A stretch of DNA of 64,000 nucleotides from NCBI GenBank assembly GCA_022821965.1, contig JAJECN010000035.1, positions 76,222-140,221 on the forward strand, read 5' to 3'. The translations under genes were made by a program, and so were the position numbers. Positions 39,284 to 48,160 of this stretch are shown piece by piece. Below the pieces are notes generated by a model, which was not told where the DNA came from, did not search any database, and saw only the letters and a list, made by a program, of their open reading frames with translations. Every line of letters starts with the position of its first letter. Position 1 is the first letter of the stretch. This DNA comes from Candidatus Poribacteria bacterium. GTDB taxonomy: Bacteria > Poribacteria > WGA-4E > WGA-3G.

Positions 39284-40037
39284 CGTCTGTAAAATCCTTG
39301 AGAATATATCCGATTAACACGGGATCCTTGAGCGCGAGCCAAATAAGTGCATCCTGCTCGTCGTATTCATCAAACAGTTCTCCAGCGAGCGCAGCATCCG
39401 CCTGCTCAGTTTTTCCAACGTAAAAGATGAGTTCCAGGAGAAAGAAAGCGAACTCCACCCCATTCACAGCATTCCGTTTGGGATGTACAAAATGCTTAAA
39501 TCCTATATTGAGTCCAGGACCGTCCATCAACTTCGCGAATTCGTCTTGAAAAGTATCAGGATCTTCGCCATGGTATCCACGGGTCAGAACATGTCTATAG
39601 TGTACTGCGAAAAGATGGGCATTCGCGGCATCTTCTTCGTCAGGTTTCTTAAGCTGCTGCTTCAAAAATGGCATGTATCGCGATGGATGAGACGATGCCA
39701 TTTCCCAGAACGCATCATAAGTTTGATAGCGGTCTTCTAACGGATGGTTACGTCTGAGGAAGTCTAAATAGGTCCTGGACGTGACGAGTCGCCGGAGCGT
39801 TCTGAAGTCGTCATCTAAAATGTTCCCCGGGTTTTCACGCTTGAGTTGTTCAAACGTTTCCTCGGGCGTTGGGGGTCGTGCGACTGGCTCAACACGGCTC
39901 TCTGTGTTGATGTCTTCTTTTTCGGGTTTTAGCGTGCTTGGATCTGGACTGGATTGGCACGCGAAAAGTAGGGAGATCCCTAAAAAGAGACAGACTCGCA
40001 GTTGGTTGAAAAAGTGTTGACATTCAAAGTATCGCAT
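39240..40037 (-). CDS. Hypothetical lipoprotein (paralog A)
   Basis: Lipobox LLFACQSS. Conserved blocks shared with the next gene (NPGNILDDDFRTL...TYLDFLRRNHP, KDFTDVEVFRRWMAGEF). Confidence 0.4.
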   Translation of the reverse strand: MRYFECQHFFNQLRVCLFLGISLLFACQSSPDPSTLKPEKEDINTESRVEPVARPPTPEETFEQLKRENPGNILDDDFRTLRRLVTSRTYLDFLRRNHPLEDRYQTYDAFWEMASSHPSRYMPFLKQQLKKPDEEDAANAHLFAVHYRHVLTRGYHGEDPDTFQDEFAKLMDGPGLNIGFKHFVHPKRNAVNGVEFAFFLLELIFYVGKTEQADAALAGELFDEYDEQDALIWLALKDPVLIGYILKDFTDVEVFRRWMAGEFHR

Positions 40038-40140
40038 GTTCGTTATATCCTCCGAAGGTTAGGATGTACCAGCGGGCACTCACCGGAACACGCTGCCCAC
40101 AATATCATAGGACTGCAGGCGGACGTGTCACTTTTTTACA

Positions 40141-41061
40141 TTAGTCCTGGGGTAGCATCCACCAGGAGGCGATTTCACTAAATTCTCCATTAACCCATTT
40201 CCGGAACACCTGAACGTCTGTAAAATCTTTGAGGACATATCCGAGACTCACCGGTTCTTGGAGTGCGACCCGTAAAATCCCTTTTTGAACGCCATGTTCA
40301 ACAAAAAGTGCCTGTATTTTTGCCCGATCTTCCTCTTGCAGGTCCTCGACCAGAATCAGATGATAGGCCAAAATTTTTATCCAAAGAAGAAAGTTTACGC
40401 CTTCGGCATCAAAAAGGCGTTGCTCCAGCCAACTGTTCACAGGCTCATTCATCATCATATCCACAGTACTTTCACGTCCTTGGTTCTCACCATGATACGT
40501 GCGGACATTCAAGGTGCGATGATGCAAAGTCATATAACGAAGGATATCAACATCCTCTGCAGTCGGAGCAGGGCGAGGCGGCTTAAGATGGGTGTTCAAA
40601 AGTTCCACGTACGGCTCTTCATCTACAGATACCAACGCCCAAAACTCATCGAAATTCTGAAACTGATTTTCCTGTGGATAGGTACGTTTCAAGAAGTCTA
40701 TATAAGTTTCTGAGTTGATGATGTCTTGAATCCTTGTGAAGTCGTCGTCTAAAACGTTGCCAGGAAATTCCAGACGCAACTGCGCCGTCATCTCCGCCAT
40801 TGTAGGGAGCCTTTGCATCGGTGCCATTGGTGCTGCGTCAACAAATTGCGGTGCGGATTCCATCGCCAAGACATTTTTCTGTACATTCGCCAGCACCTCT
40901 GCCACCATTTCTCTCGTGATGGATTGCGTCGTTGTTTCTGCTGGGGCTAACGCGTTGCGGTCTTGGGGTTCCGAACAGCCGCAAACCGCTGCACCTCCGA
41001 GAAGGACACAAAAGGTCAATAGATTGAACAGACACTGATATTGAGATCGAAAATATACCAT
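40141..41061 (-). CDS. Hypothetical lipoprotein (paralog B)
   Basis: Lipobox-like signal (LLGGAAVCGCSEP). Same conserved blocks (EFPGNVLDDDFTRIQ...TYIDFLKRTYP, KDFTDVQVFRKWVNGEF). Confidence 0.4.
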   Translation of the reverse strand: MVYFRSQYQCLFNLLTFCVLLGGAAVCGCSEPQDRNALAPAETTTQSITREMVAEVLANVQKNVLAMESAPQFVDAAPMAPMQRLPTMAEMTAQLRLEFPGNVLDDDFTRIQDIINSETYIDFLKRTYPQENQFQNFDEFWALVSVDEEPYVELLNTHLKPPRPAPTAEDVDILRYMTLHHRTLNVRTYHGENQGRESTVDMMMNEPVNSWLEQRLFDAEGVNFLLWIKILAYHLILVEDLQEEDRAKIQALFVEHGVQKGILRVALQEPVSLGYVLKDFTDVQVFRKWVNGEFSEIASWWMLPQD

Positions 41062-41232
41062 GCTTTTTCTCCTTAAGTTGTGTGGACGTTTCTATAAACA
41101 TTCCGCCCCGCTGGGGCTACTGTATCCGCCTTTTCAACGATTTACAATGAGGATCAAACACATTGAAAAATCGACAAATACTTGAAAACTCAATATGAAA
41201 TGGACAGAAATTGATCAACCTTTAGTCACTTT

Positions 41233-41283
41233 TTAATGATACAATTTAAGGGGCAAAAGGGTGCATAATTTGAAAAAAAAATT
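41233..41283. repeat. About 50-bp direct repeat, copy 1 (ttaatgatacaatttaaggggcaaaagggtgcataatttgaaaaaaaa)
   Basis: About 47/50 identical to copy 2 at 44531..44580. Lies between the stop of the sigma-fusion gene and the start of lipoprotein paralog B. Confidence 0.7.
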
Positions 41284-41349
41284 GGAAAAACTGAATCAGA
41301 ACGGCGATAAAATGAAAATGAAAGGTTTTTCAGGAGCCTTCTGTCAATA

Positions 41350-44322
41350 TCAATCGTTTTCTTTTTTAAGCGAGGCATGAAATATCCCGCTCCGCTTGGT
41401 AGCGATATAAAGTCTATCACCATCAATGGCAACGGAGATGACCCTGTTCGGCACCTCTGGCAAGATTTGTTCCCATTTTCCCCGGTTATCCAATTGATAG
41501 ACCCCCGCATTACCAGCCCCATAAATCGTCGTGCCAACCACAGCAATTCTATCTATAATAGTGCGGGTCCCTGCCTTATCAGTTAGCGTGCGCCAGTTTT
41601 CACCCTCATCTGATGTTAAGACACCTGCGTCTGTAGCGACGTGAACCGCTGAACCGGCAAAAACTATCTCGTTGAAATGCTCAAATTGGAACGGCAGCGT
41701 TGCAGTGAGGTCTTTCCATGTGTTACCACCATCAAGCGATCGAAAGAGATGCCCATTGCGTTTGCCAACATAGACAGTTTCGCCTGAAACAGCGAGAATG
41801 AAACGATTGGGATCATCGTTAGCAGGTTCATAGATGTCTACCAGTCCAGTGTCGAACCATTCAGGTTCGCCGCGTCTCCACCGCAGAAGTCGCCCCTGAT
41901 ACGTCACATAGAATGCATCGCCGCTAACCGCAAATTCGCGAGGAATACTCCGTGGCTTTGTATTTGTCGAACTACTAACTTTTTCAGGATCGTTAGCGGA
42001 ATCGTCTGCTATATTTTCTTTGGGGACTTTCTCTGATACCTCTATAGGGAGACTCCCGCCAAAAACAGGGATATCTTGAATAAGAACCAAGGTCCTGCCA
42101 CTGAAAGAAAGACGGAAAATGCGCAGTGCATCTTCCATGCCTAAGATGGGTGTGATGCCGTAAAGCACACCGTCAGAAACCGCCATTTTTGGAAAACCCA
42201 ACAGCCCCCCAGCGTCCAATCCATCTACTTTTGGTAACGCATTAGGACCGAAGCCCAAGGTTTTCCACGACCTCCCACCATCAATGGATTTAGCGATATT
42301 CATACCGGTATTTATATAGAGCGCGTTTTTGAATGCCAGTAACTTAAAAATTCCGGTCCCTACCATCCCTGCTATAAATGGATGCCACGATTCACCGCTA
42401 TCGGTTGAACGGGTAAGCCCAAAAAGCCCGGCTTTGAACAGTGTATTTTCGTCCACTCCGACAACCGGTAATACGCTCAGCATCATTGAATTCACCATCG
42501 AATTTAAGTCTAATTTGTTAGCTTCGGGGTGCGTCCATGTTTCCCCGCGATCAGTTGATCGGAATTGGAACCCGATATATCCGAGTGCCCAGAGCGTTTC
42601 TCCAGCAGTCAGGACTTTAATCCCCGGTGATATCCTTAACAAGATCGATTCATTTACGGGGGTTATTTCAGTCCACGAATCGCCCAAATCGGTTGAACGA
42701 AAAATTTCCCACATATTTTGCTTCTTCTCCATTGCTTCTTGTACAGATGCCTTCACTCGAGAAGAATTGAAAAGATCGGGTCCTGTCCCGACATAAAGGT
42801 TATTTTCGGAAACTGCCAAGGAATGGATAGCCAGAGTAGTATTCAATGGCAATTTTTCTAAACCGTGTCTTGACTTGATACGGTAGAGTCCTTGATTTGT
42901 CCCGACAAATACTGTGTTTTCAAACATAGCCAAGGCAAAGACTGTTACCTCTGTACCTTCATCATTCAATAGCGTCCACTGCTTACCCATATCTTCAGAT
43001 CGAAAAACACCTTTGTCTTGAAGCGCGAGGTACAACGCTTCATCCGTTATCGCTAATCCGATAGCAACTCCTTCTGGACGTGTCCCAAGCGATGTCCATA
43101 TCTCTCCACTATTGCTCGAACTGAACACTTCATTAACAGAGACAAGATAGAGCGTGTCATCTTTCTCTGCCATCGGTATCAGGTCGGCACCGGTGGAAGC
43201 GGTTGGAAAGTTAACAGCGGATGCAGGACTAACGAACGTCCATGCAGGAGCATCGGGTGTCAATCTATAGATACCGAGGTGCGAAGCGGCGTAGGTAGTG
43301 CCTTCTGAACTGACGAATAAGCCCGATATCAGACCCCCTCCCGGACCGCTTGCTTGTACCCACTGCTGCTTCATTGTCTCGGGTACTTCCTTCTCTATCT
43401 GCGCGGCAGCAGGCACAACAGGTTCCGAAACTTGTGGACCAGCACCTCTGCTCCTACCGGTAGTATCAAAACGTCCGGCTTGGTTCCGTAAATCCGGCTC
43501 CGCTTGTGTATCAAGGACGATAGGCGCGTCAATGATTTCAACAGTGGTTTCCGATTGGGCGTTTAAGTTGTAAGGCTTTTGAAAGCGGGCAAGGTACTGA
43601 GACCCGATACCGATCATTAGAATAAAAAAAATAGCAGCAGTACCAAAAGCTACCCACGGTAGCAGTGGTTTCCCAGACTGAGGCGCAATCGGCTTCATGT
43701 CGGCAACTTGCCGCATAATACTCTCCATGAAATCGGTAGACAATTGGACGCTGCCGAGCGTTTCACGAACTAAGAGTTCTTCTTCTTGTAAACGCTCTCG
43801 TGCCCGGCGAAGGCGACTCTTAATCGTGTTCACTGACACACCTAAGAACTTGCCAATCTCTTTCGTTGTCATTTCACCGAGATAATGGAGTGTCACCACT
43901 GTGCGTTCACTCTCCGGCAGCTTTTCCAGCAGTTCTTTGACGATTTCGTGGCGATGTTCCATAACTTCCATCTCCCGTTGATCCGATACATAATGTTTAT
44001 AAGAAGATTCCTCTATCTCCGTTACAGGTGTGTCCCCCAGGGATTGCATCGTAGGTTTTCTCTTTTGATGCCATCTCTTGCAAAGATTACTCGCAATAAC
44101 ATAAAGCCATCCAGCAAACTGGTTGGGATTCCTTAGTGTAGCGAGGTTTTTGTATACTTGGAGGAAGGCATCTTGGGCAATCTCTTCAGCGATATGAAAA
44201 TCTCCAATTTTCCGCCACGCAAGTGCGTGAACACTCTTTTGGTATTTTCGGACCAAGGCACTGAATGCCTCCTCATCACCTGCTAACACTCTGTAAATCA
44301 GTTGAACATCGTCTTCCACCAT
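41350..44322 (-). CDS. Single-polypeptide ECF sigma factor - transmembrane helix - BNR/Asp-box beta-propeller fusion protein
   Basis: Residues 1-190 carry sigma-70 regions 2 and 4 (ERTVVTLHYLGEMTTKEIGKFLGVSVNTIKSRLRRARERL). One TM helix (LLPWVAFGTAAIFFILMIGIG). About 700-aa extracytoplasmic region with eight or more SxDxGxxW Asp-box motifs. Confidence 0.7.
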   Translation of the reverse strand: MVEDDVQLIYRVLAGDEEAFSALVRKYQKSVHALAWRKIGDFHIAEEIAQDAFLQVYKNLATLRNPNQFAGWLYVIASNLCKRWHQKRKPTMQSLGDTPVTEIEESSYKHYVSDQREMEVMEHRHEIVKELLEKLPESERTVVTLHYLGEMTTKEIGKFLGVSVNTIKSRLRRARERLQEEELLVRETLGSVQLSTDFMESIMRQVADMKPIAPQSGKPLLPWVAFGTAAIFFILMIGIGSQYLARFQKPYNLNAQSETTVEIIDAPIVLDTQAEPDLRNQAGRFDTTGRSRGAGPQVSEPVVPAAAQIEKEVPETMKQQWVQASGPGGGLISGLFVSSEGTTYAASHLGIYRLTPDAPAWTFVSPASAVNFPTASTGADLIPMAEKDDTLYLVSVNEVFSSSNSGEIWTSLGTRPEGVAIGLAITDEALYLALQDKGVFRSEDMGKQWTLLNDEGTEVTVFALAMFENTVFVGTNQGLYRIKSRHGLEKLPLNTTLAIHSLAVSENNLYVGTGPDLFNSSRVKASVQEAMEKKQNMWEIFRSTDLGDSWTEITPVNESILLRISPGIKVLTAGETLWALGYIGFQFRSTDRGETWTHPEANKLDLNSMVNSMMLSVLPVVGVDENTLFKAGLFGLTRSTDSGESWHPFIAGMVGTGIFKLLAFKNALYINTGMNIAKSIDGGRSWKTLGFGPNALPKVDGLDAGGLLGFPKMAVSDGVLYGITPILGMEDALRIFRLSFSGRTLVLIQDIPVFGGSLPIEVSEKVPKENIADDSANDPEKVSSSTNTKPRSIPREFAVSGDAFYVTYQGRLLRWRRGEPEWFDTGLVDIYEPANDDPNRFILAVSGETVYVGKRNGHLFRSLDGGNTWKDLTATLPFQFEHFNEIVFAGSAVHVATDAGVLTSDEGENWRTLTDKAGTRTIIDRIAVVGTTIYGAGNAGVYQLDNRGKWEQILPEVPNRVISVAIDGDRLYIATKRSGIFHASLKKEND

Positions 44323-44443
44323 CGGAATTCTCCATGATTATAGTAAAATCTAAATTATCCATACATCAACAAAATGGCGACGTTACAAATCTCCACAGCG
44401 AAGAAACACGGCTGCAGAACTGTTCAGGACTTACGCAGCCTCT

Positions 44444-44472
44444 CGCTGGCGAGGTTTAAAACCTCGCCAGCG
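44444..44472. repeat. GGCGAGGTTT...AAACCTCGCC palindromic hairpin element (family copy)
   Basis: cgctggcgaggtttaaaacctcgccagcg with a 13-bp stem. Related copies at 18439..18459, 45926..45946 and 62972..62992. Confidence 0.55.
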
Positions 44473-44530
44473 GCGTGTAGGAGGCAAGTACTTATCAGAA
44501 AAGTGCGCAAATCTCCCTGTTATTCAATTA

Positions 44531-44580
44531 TTAATGATACAATTTTAAGGGGAAAAGGGTGCATAATTTGAAAAAAATTA
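44531..44580. repeat. About 50-bp direct repeat, copy 2
   Basis: ttaatgatacaattttaaggggaaaagggtgcataatttgaaaaaaatta, about 210 bp upstream of the sigma-fusion start codon. Confidence 0.7.
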
Positions 44581-44807
44581 GATAGAACTTACGCAAATTG
44601 ACCAGAAAAAAGGTATATTTTGCTGAAAAGTTGTTATTTGATTGTATTTAACCCCCTAAATCCCCCTTATCAGGGGGACTTTAAGAGAAAATGCGTAAGT
44701 CCTATTAGAAAAAGAATCTGATACTCATCGGATTTGGGCAAATTCCACTAAGATAAATTGGGCAGGAGTAGTCCTTGGAAGTATGTATTAAATTTAGGAA
44801 CAAAAAA

Positions 44808-46010
44808 TTACTGCTTTTTCACCTCTCCCCACGTTGTTGTCAACAATTTCGGCTGCGGTGAAACAGGCAACGCGACGACTGGATCAAACCAATCCGCCAA
44901 GGAATTTGCTTGAAACCGAGCTAATCCAACGACATGGGTGAGTTGTATTGGCGTGCGGCTGCCTAAGTCAATTTTGAAAAGTTGGAGGTAATCATCAATT
45001 TCCTGCGTATAAATAAGTGCATCACCCCGCGGCGACCAAACCGGATCCCTGGCTTGTGCTCCCGCTTCATCAACAATCTGTTGAAGTCCGGTGCCATCTC
45101 TATTCGCAATGTAGATTGTCCCTTTGTCCCGTACATCTTGGATATCTACTTCAGCGAAATCAACACCTCGATTCTGAGCCCGTTTCAATTTTTCTTTCCA
45201 GAAATCATGCCTGAGCCAGAAAAAAGCGAGTTTGTCGCCGGACGGGGACCAAGCAGCCCTATACATATACGGATGATGATTTGGAAGGAACGTCTCTTCT
45301 ACACGTGTTCGGAGGTCGAAAAAATGAAGTTGAGAGAGACGACGAATAATCCATAGGTTGGGTGCCAGCATTTCGTGTTTTTTACCCGTTGAGACAAAGA
45401 CTATCTCCGTCCCGTCAGGTGACCAACTGGGTGAAAGTCCGATCGCTATTCGTTGCTCCTGTTTGCCAGTTACTTCCGCTGTATAGATGAACCACGCAGC
45501 ACCATCAAGTCGCTCATAAGCAATTCTTTTTCCATCCGGAGACCACGTTGGGTGTGCCCTATGTGCAGACTTCCCGAAAATTTTCCGTACATTGCCACCG
45601 TCGGCATCCATTAGATATAGGTCCCGCACACCATCACGGTCTGAGACAAAAAGAATTTGCTCTCCTGTGGGCGACCAGACCGGATAAACATCCTCTGCTG
45701 GATGGTTGGTAATATTGACCTGTTGACTTCCATCGGGATTCATTAAGTATATCTCGCGATTTCCATCACGGAATGACGCGAATACAATCTTTGCTGTGTC
45801 TGGTGCCTTGCCAAAAGCTGGACGAATGCTCACGCATAACAATACTATACTGAATAGAAAAAAAATATGGTAAAATCGAAAAATATGTGAACAGTTCGGC
45901 ACGGAACAAACACCCCACCGCCCCTGGCGAGGTTTGGAATCTCGCCTTTGTGTGGGTGTATAGGTAATTGCGGATTTTACTATAATCGAAAGACTTTGTG
46001 TGGGTTTCAT
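44808..46010 (-). CDS. TolB-like periplasmic WD40-like (PD40) beta-propeller protein
   Basis: Repeated PD40 units (DGNREIYLMNPDGS, SPDGKRIAYE, SPDGTEIVF). Start uncertain: the upstream part of the ORF-track call overlaps a hairpin repeat and the neighbouring gene. Confidence 0.6.
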   Translation of the reverse strand: MKPTQSLSIIVKSAITYTPTQRRDSKPRQGRWGVCSVPNCSHIFRFYHIFFLFSIVLLCVSIRPAFGKAPDTAKIVFASFRDGNREIYLMNPDGSQQVNITNHPAEDVYPVWSPTGEQILFVSDRDGVRDLYLMDADGGNVRKIFGKSAHRAHPTWSPDGKRIAYERLDGAAWFIYTAEVTGKQEQRIAIGLSPSWSPDGTEIVFVSTGKKHEMLAPNLWIIRRLSQLHFFDLRTRVEETFLPNHHPYMYRAAWSPSGDKLAFFWLRHDFWKEKLKRAQNRGVDFAEVDIQDVRDKGTIYIANRDGTGLQQIVDEAGAQARDPVWSPRGDALIYTQEIDDYLQLFKIDLGSRTPIQLTHVVGLARFQANSLADWFDPVVALPVSPQPKLLTTTWGEVKKQ

Positions 46011-46036
46011 CACAAATTTCGCCTGCAATGGGTCAA

Positions 46037-47032
46037 CTATTTGGAGGCATCTTCTGATTGCTTGAGTGCCCCCCAGAGCGTTATCTGTTTCTCCGCACTC
46101 GGAGAAACGGAAAGAAAACCCTCCGGCACCCACTCAGGACCATCAGCTACCAGTCTTCTTGTTGCCTCAATCGGATCCCCGCCCGCAACGTCTGCCATAT
46201 TTGCAACACAGATGACCGAGTTCGCAAAAAACTCTTCCGCCAGACCCCACACCTCTGGACGAATTTCTGGTAGTTGAATCAAAAGATAGGCGATCCATTT
46301 CCCATTCGGTGACCACGTAGGTTCAAAGATTGCTACAGGTTTTCTATACAACCGAGTGAGTTGGCGCATATTTTTTCCATCTATGTCAATACTGAAAAGA
46401 GCAGCACCCCCGACAGCCCCCCATCGTGGGACAAAAGCAATCTCTTTACCACTCGGTGACCATGTGCAGTCAGTAGAAGACGTGTCTGCGAGGGGTTGCT
46501 CCTTTTTCCCTTCAGTAGTCATCAGAAAAAGAGAGGATTTTGAGATAAAGGCGATCCATTGGCTATCTGGAGACCACGCGGGTCTTTTGCAGCCTCCTCG
46601 ATTCGTCAGTCGCATCACATTTTCTCCATTGGCATCCATTCTGTAGAGGTCTATATTCCCCGCGCGATTTGAGGCGAAGGCGATCCATTTTCCATTCGGA
46701 GACCACGCGGGCCACCAATCCCTACCATCATCGAAGGTCAACCGACGATGTGTGTCCGTTCTCACATCCATTACGTAAATATCAGGGTCCCCATTTCGAT
46801 TGGACATATAGGCAATCAAGCGTCCATCAGGGGACCAGGTGAGGTGGCCTATGGATTCTTTTACCATCAGTGTTTGAAGGAATTCGCCTCGGGTATTTAT
46901 GAGTTGGATAGAACGCCTATCCTTTCCCGTGACAAAAGAGAGGACATCACGCTCATCCGCCCAGCCACGGCTAACAAACGTGAAAGACCCTATCAATAAC
47001 ACCATCCCTAATATCACACAAATGAATAAGCG
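46037..47032 (-). CDS. TolB-like periplasmic PD40 beta-propeller protein
   Basis: Signal peptide MKRLFICVILGMVLLIGSFT. PD40 repeats (SPDGRLIAYMSNRNGDPDIYVMD, SPNGKWIAFASNRAGNIDLYRMD). Start re-assigned to ATG 47032. Confidence 0.65.
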   Translation of the reverse strand, partial: RLFICVILGMVLLIGSFTFVSRGWADERDVLSFVTGKDRRSIQLINTRGEFLQTLMVKESIGHLTWSPDGRLIAYMSNRNGDPDIYVMDVRTDTHRRLTFDDGRDWWPAWSPNGKWIAFASNRAGNIDLYRMDANGENVMRLTNRGGCKRPAWSPDSQWIAFISKSSLFLMTTEGKKEQPLADTSSTDCTWSPSGKEIAFVPRWGAVGGAALFSIDIDGKNMRQLTRLYRKPVAIFEPTWSPNGKWIAYLLIQLPEIRPEVWGLAEEFFANSVICVANMADVAGGDPIEATRRLVADGPEWVPEGFLSVSPSAEKQITLWGALKQSEDASK

Positions 47033-47530
47033 TTTCATATCTATATTTCCTTTTTGATGTTGCATTATATAGGGGGTAATGGATAGACGCAACGGAAATT
47101 TCGATGGAAAACTGACAGGGCTGTTTGAAAGAGAAAGAAAAGGAGCCGGAAACCATGTCCTAATCGGTTCCAAGAGGTTCAGGGACTCTAACCTAACTCT
47201 CGTGTGCAACAGAGGCTTGCAAACTATACCTTTTAGGAATTATGGCTCCGGCTTACCCAAGGAGGCTTATATAAGACATTTGCAATTTCCGTGCCAATAG
47301 AAAAGTGCCTGTTTTAGGCAATTTGCGGAGGGTATTGCCCACTTTTTCAACATTTTATGATAAAAAAATAAACACGACTCTAATAGCAACAGGAAACCGA
47401 GCAAGTTACAGAATATCGGCAACGCGGAAGAGCGTCGCGACTGGAGTCTGTATAATTAACCGACAACCTCCATTGCCATCCAAAGTCGCCCACAGATTGA
47501 TACCCCCGCTCAGACCATGATACATCAACG

Positions 47531-48043
47531 CTACTTCAGGGGTTGAACAGTATACTGTTCAGCCAACATATTTTCTAACAAAGTAGAGTATACTTGGTTT
47601 AAATCCCTGAATTTAAGTCGCACATTTGTAAAGCAAGACGTGTTGACCAATTCCTCTATCTGTGCCTCGGTAAGATTCCCTGATACCAGAATCGGAATTT
47701 CCGCTAAGCATCCGTTGATAAGCTCATCAAGCAACGCTGAGGAGGCACCATCCCGAACCTCATCCTCTAATAATTTGCCTGTATCAAAAGCGATTTCATC
47801 GGGTAGACTATTTAAAGCATCGACCCCAATTAACGCCCGAATCTCAGGATCTACCCGTGATACCGCAGCCTTAACATCCGAAAGCGGCATTCCCTCAAGG
47901 ATAGCCGATAGGTCGTCCACAGTGACAACCGAGGGATTTAAGACATCTTGTGCTTCAATTGCGGTATCGCAGGAGGTCAACATAAAAGGCAGGGTTAAGA
48001 CTACACTTGCAACCACGAACATAACTGGCATTAAATTTCTCAT
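47531..48043 (-). CDS. Hypothetical lipoprotein
   Basis: Lipobox FMLTSC. Acidic. No recognised domain. Confidence 0.35.
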   Translation of the reverse strand: MRNLMPVMFVVASVVLTLPFMLTSCDTAIEAQDVLNPSVVTVDDLSAILEGMPLSDVKAAVSRVDPEIRALIGVDALNSLPDEIAFDTGKLLEDEVRDGASSALLDELINGCLAEIPILVSGNLTEAQIEELVNTSCFTNVRLKFRDLNQVYSTLLENMLAEQYTVQPLK

Positions 48044-48067
48044 GTCATTCTCCTTCTTTAAGTGAAT

Positions 48068-48126
48068 CCTACAGCAGAACAGCGGTCAGCAAAATAGCTA
48101 TCAGCCATCGGCTGTCAGTCATTAGT
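48068..48126. repeat. Degenerate heptamer-repeat palindromic element (CAGCGGT/CAGCCAT ... CTGTCAG)
   Basis: agcagaacagcggtcagcaaaatagctatcagccatcggctgtcagtcatt, between a lipoprotein gene start and the rtcB stop. Confidence 0.45.
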
Positions 48127-48160
48127 AGTGGCATTTGAGGATAGAAGATAGGTTCTAAGA

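Noticed and set aside
41226-41546. 106-aa - strand ORF overlapping the 3' end of the sigma-fusion gene
   Set aside because: Out-of-frame overlap with the last 65 codons of a well-supported 990-aa gene. Its N-terminus is encoded by the 50-bp direct repeat. Judged spurious.
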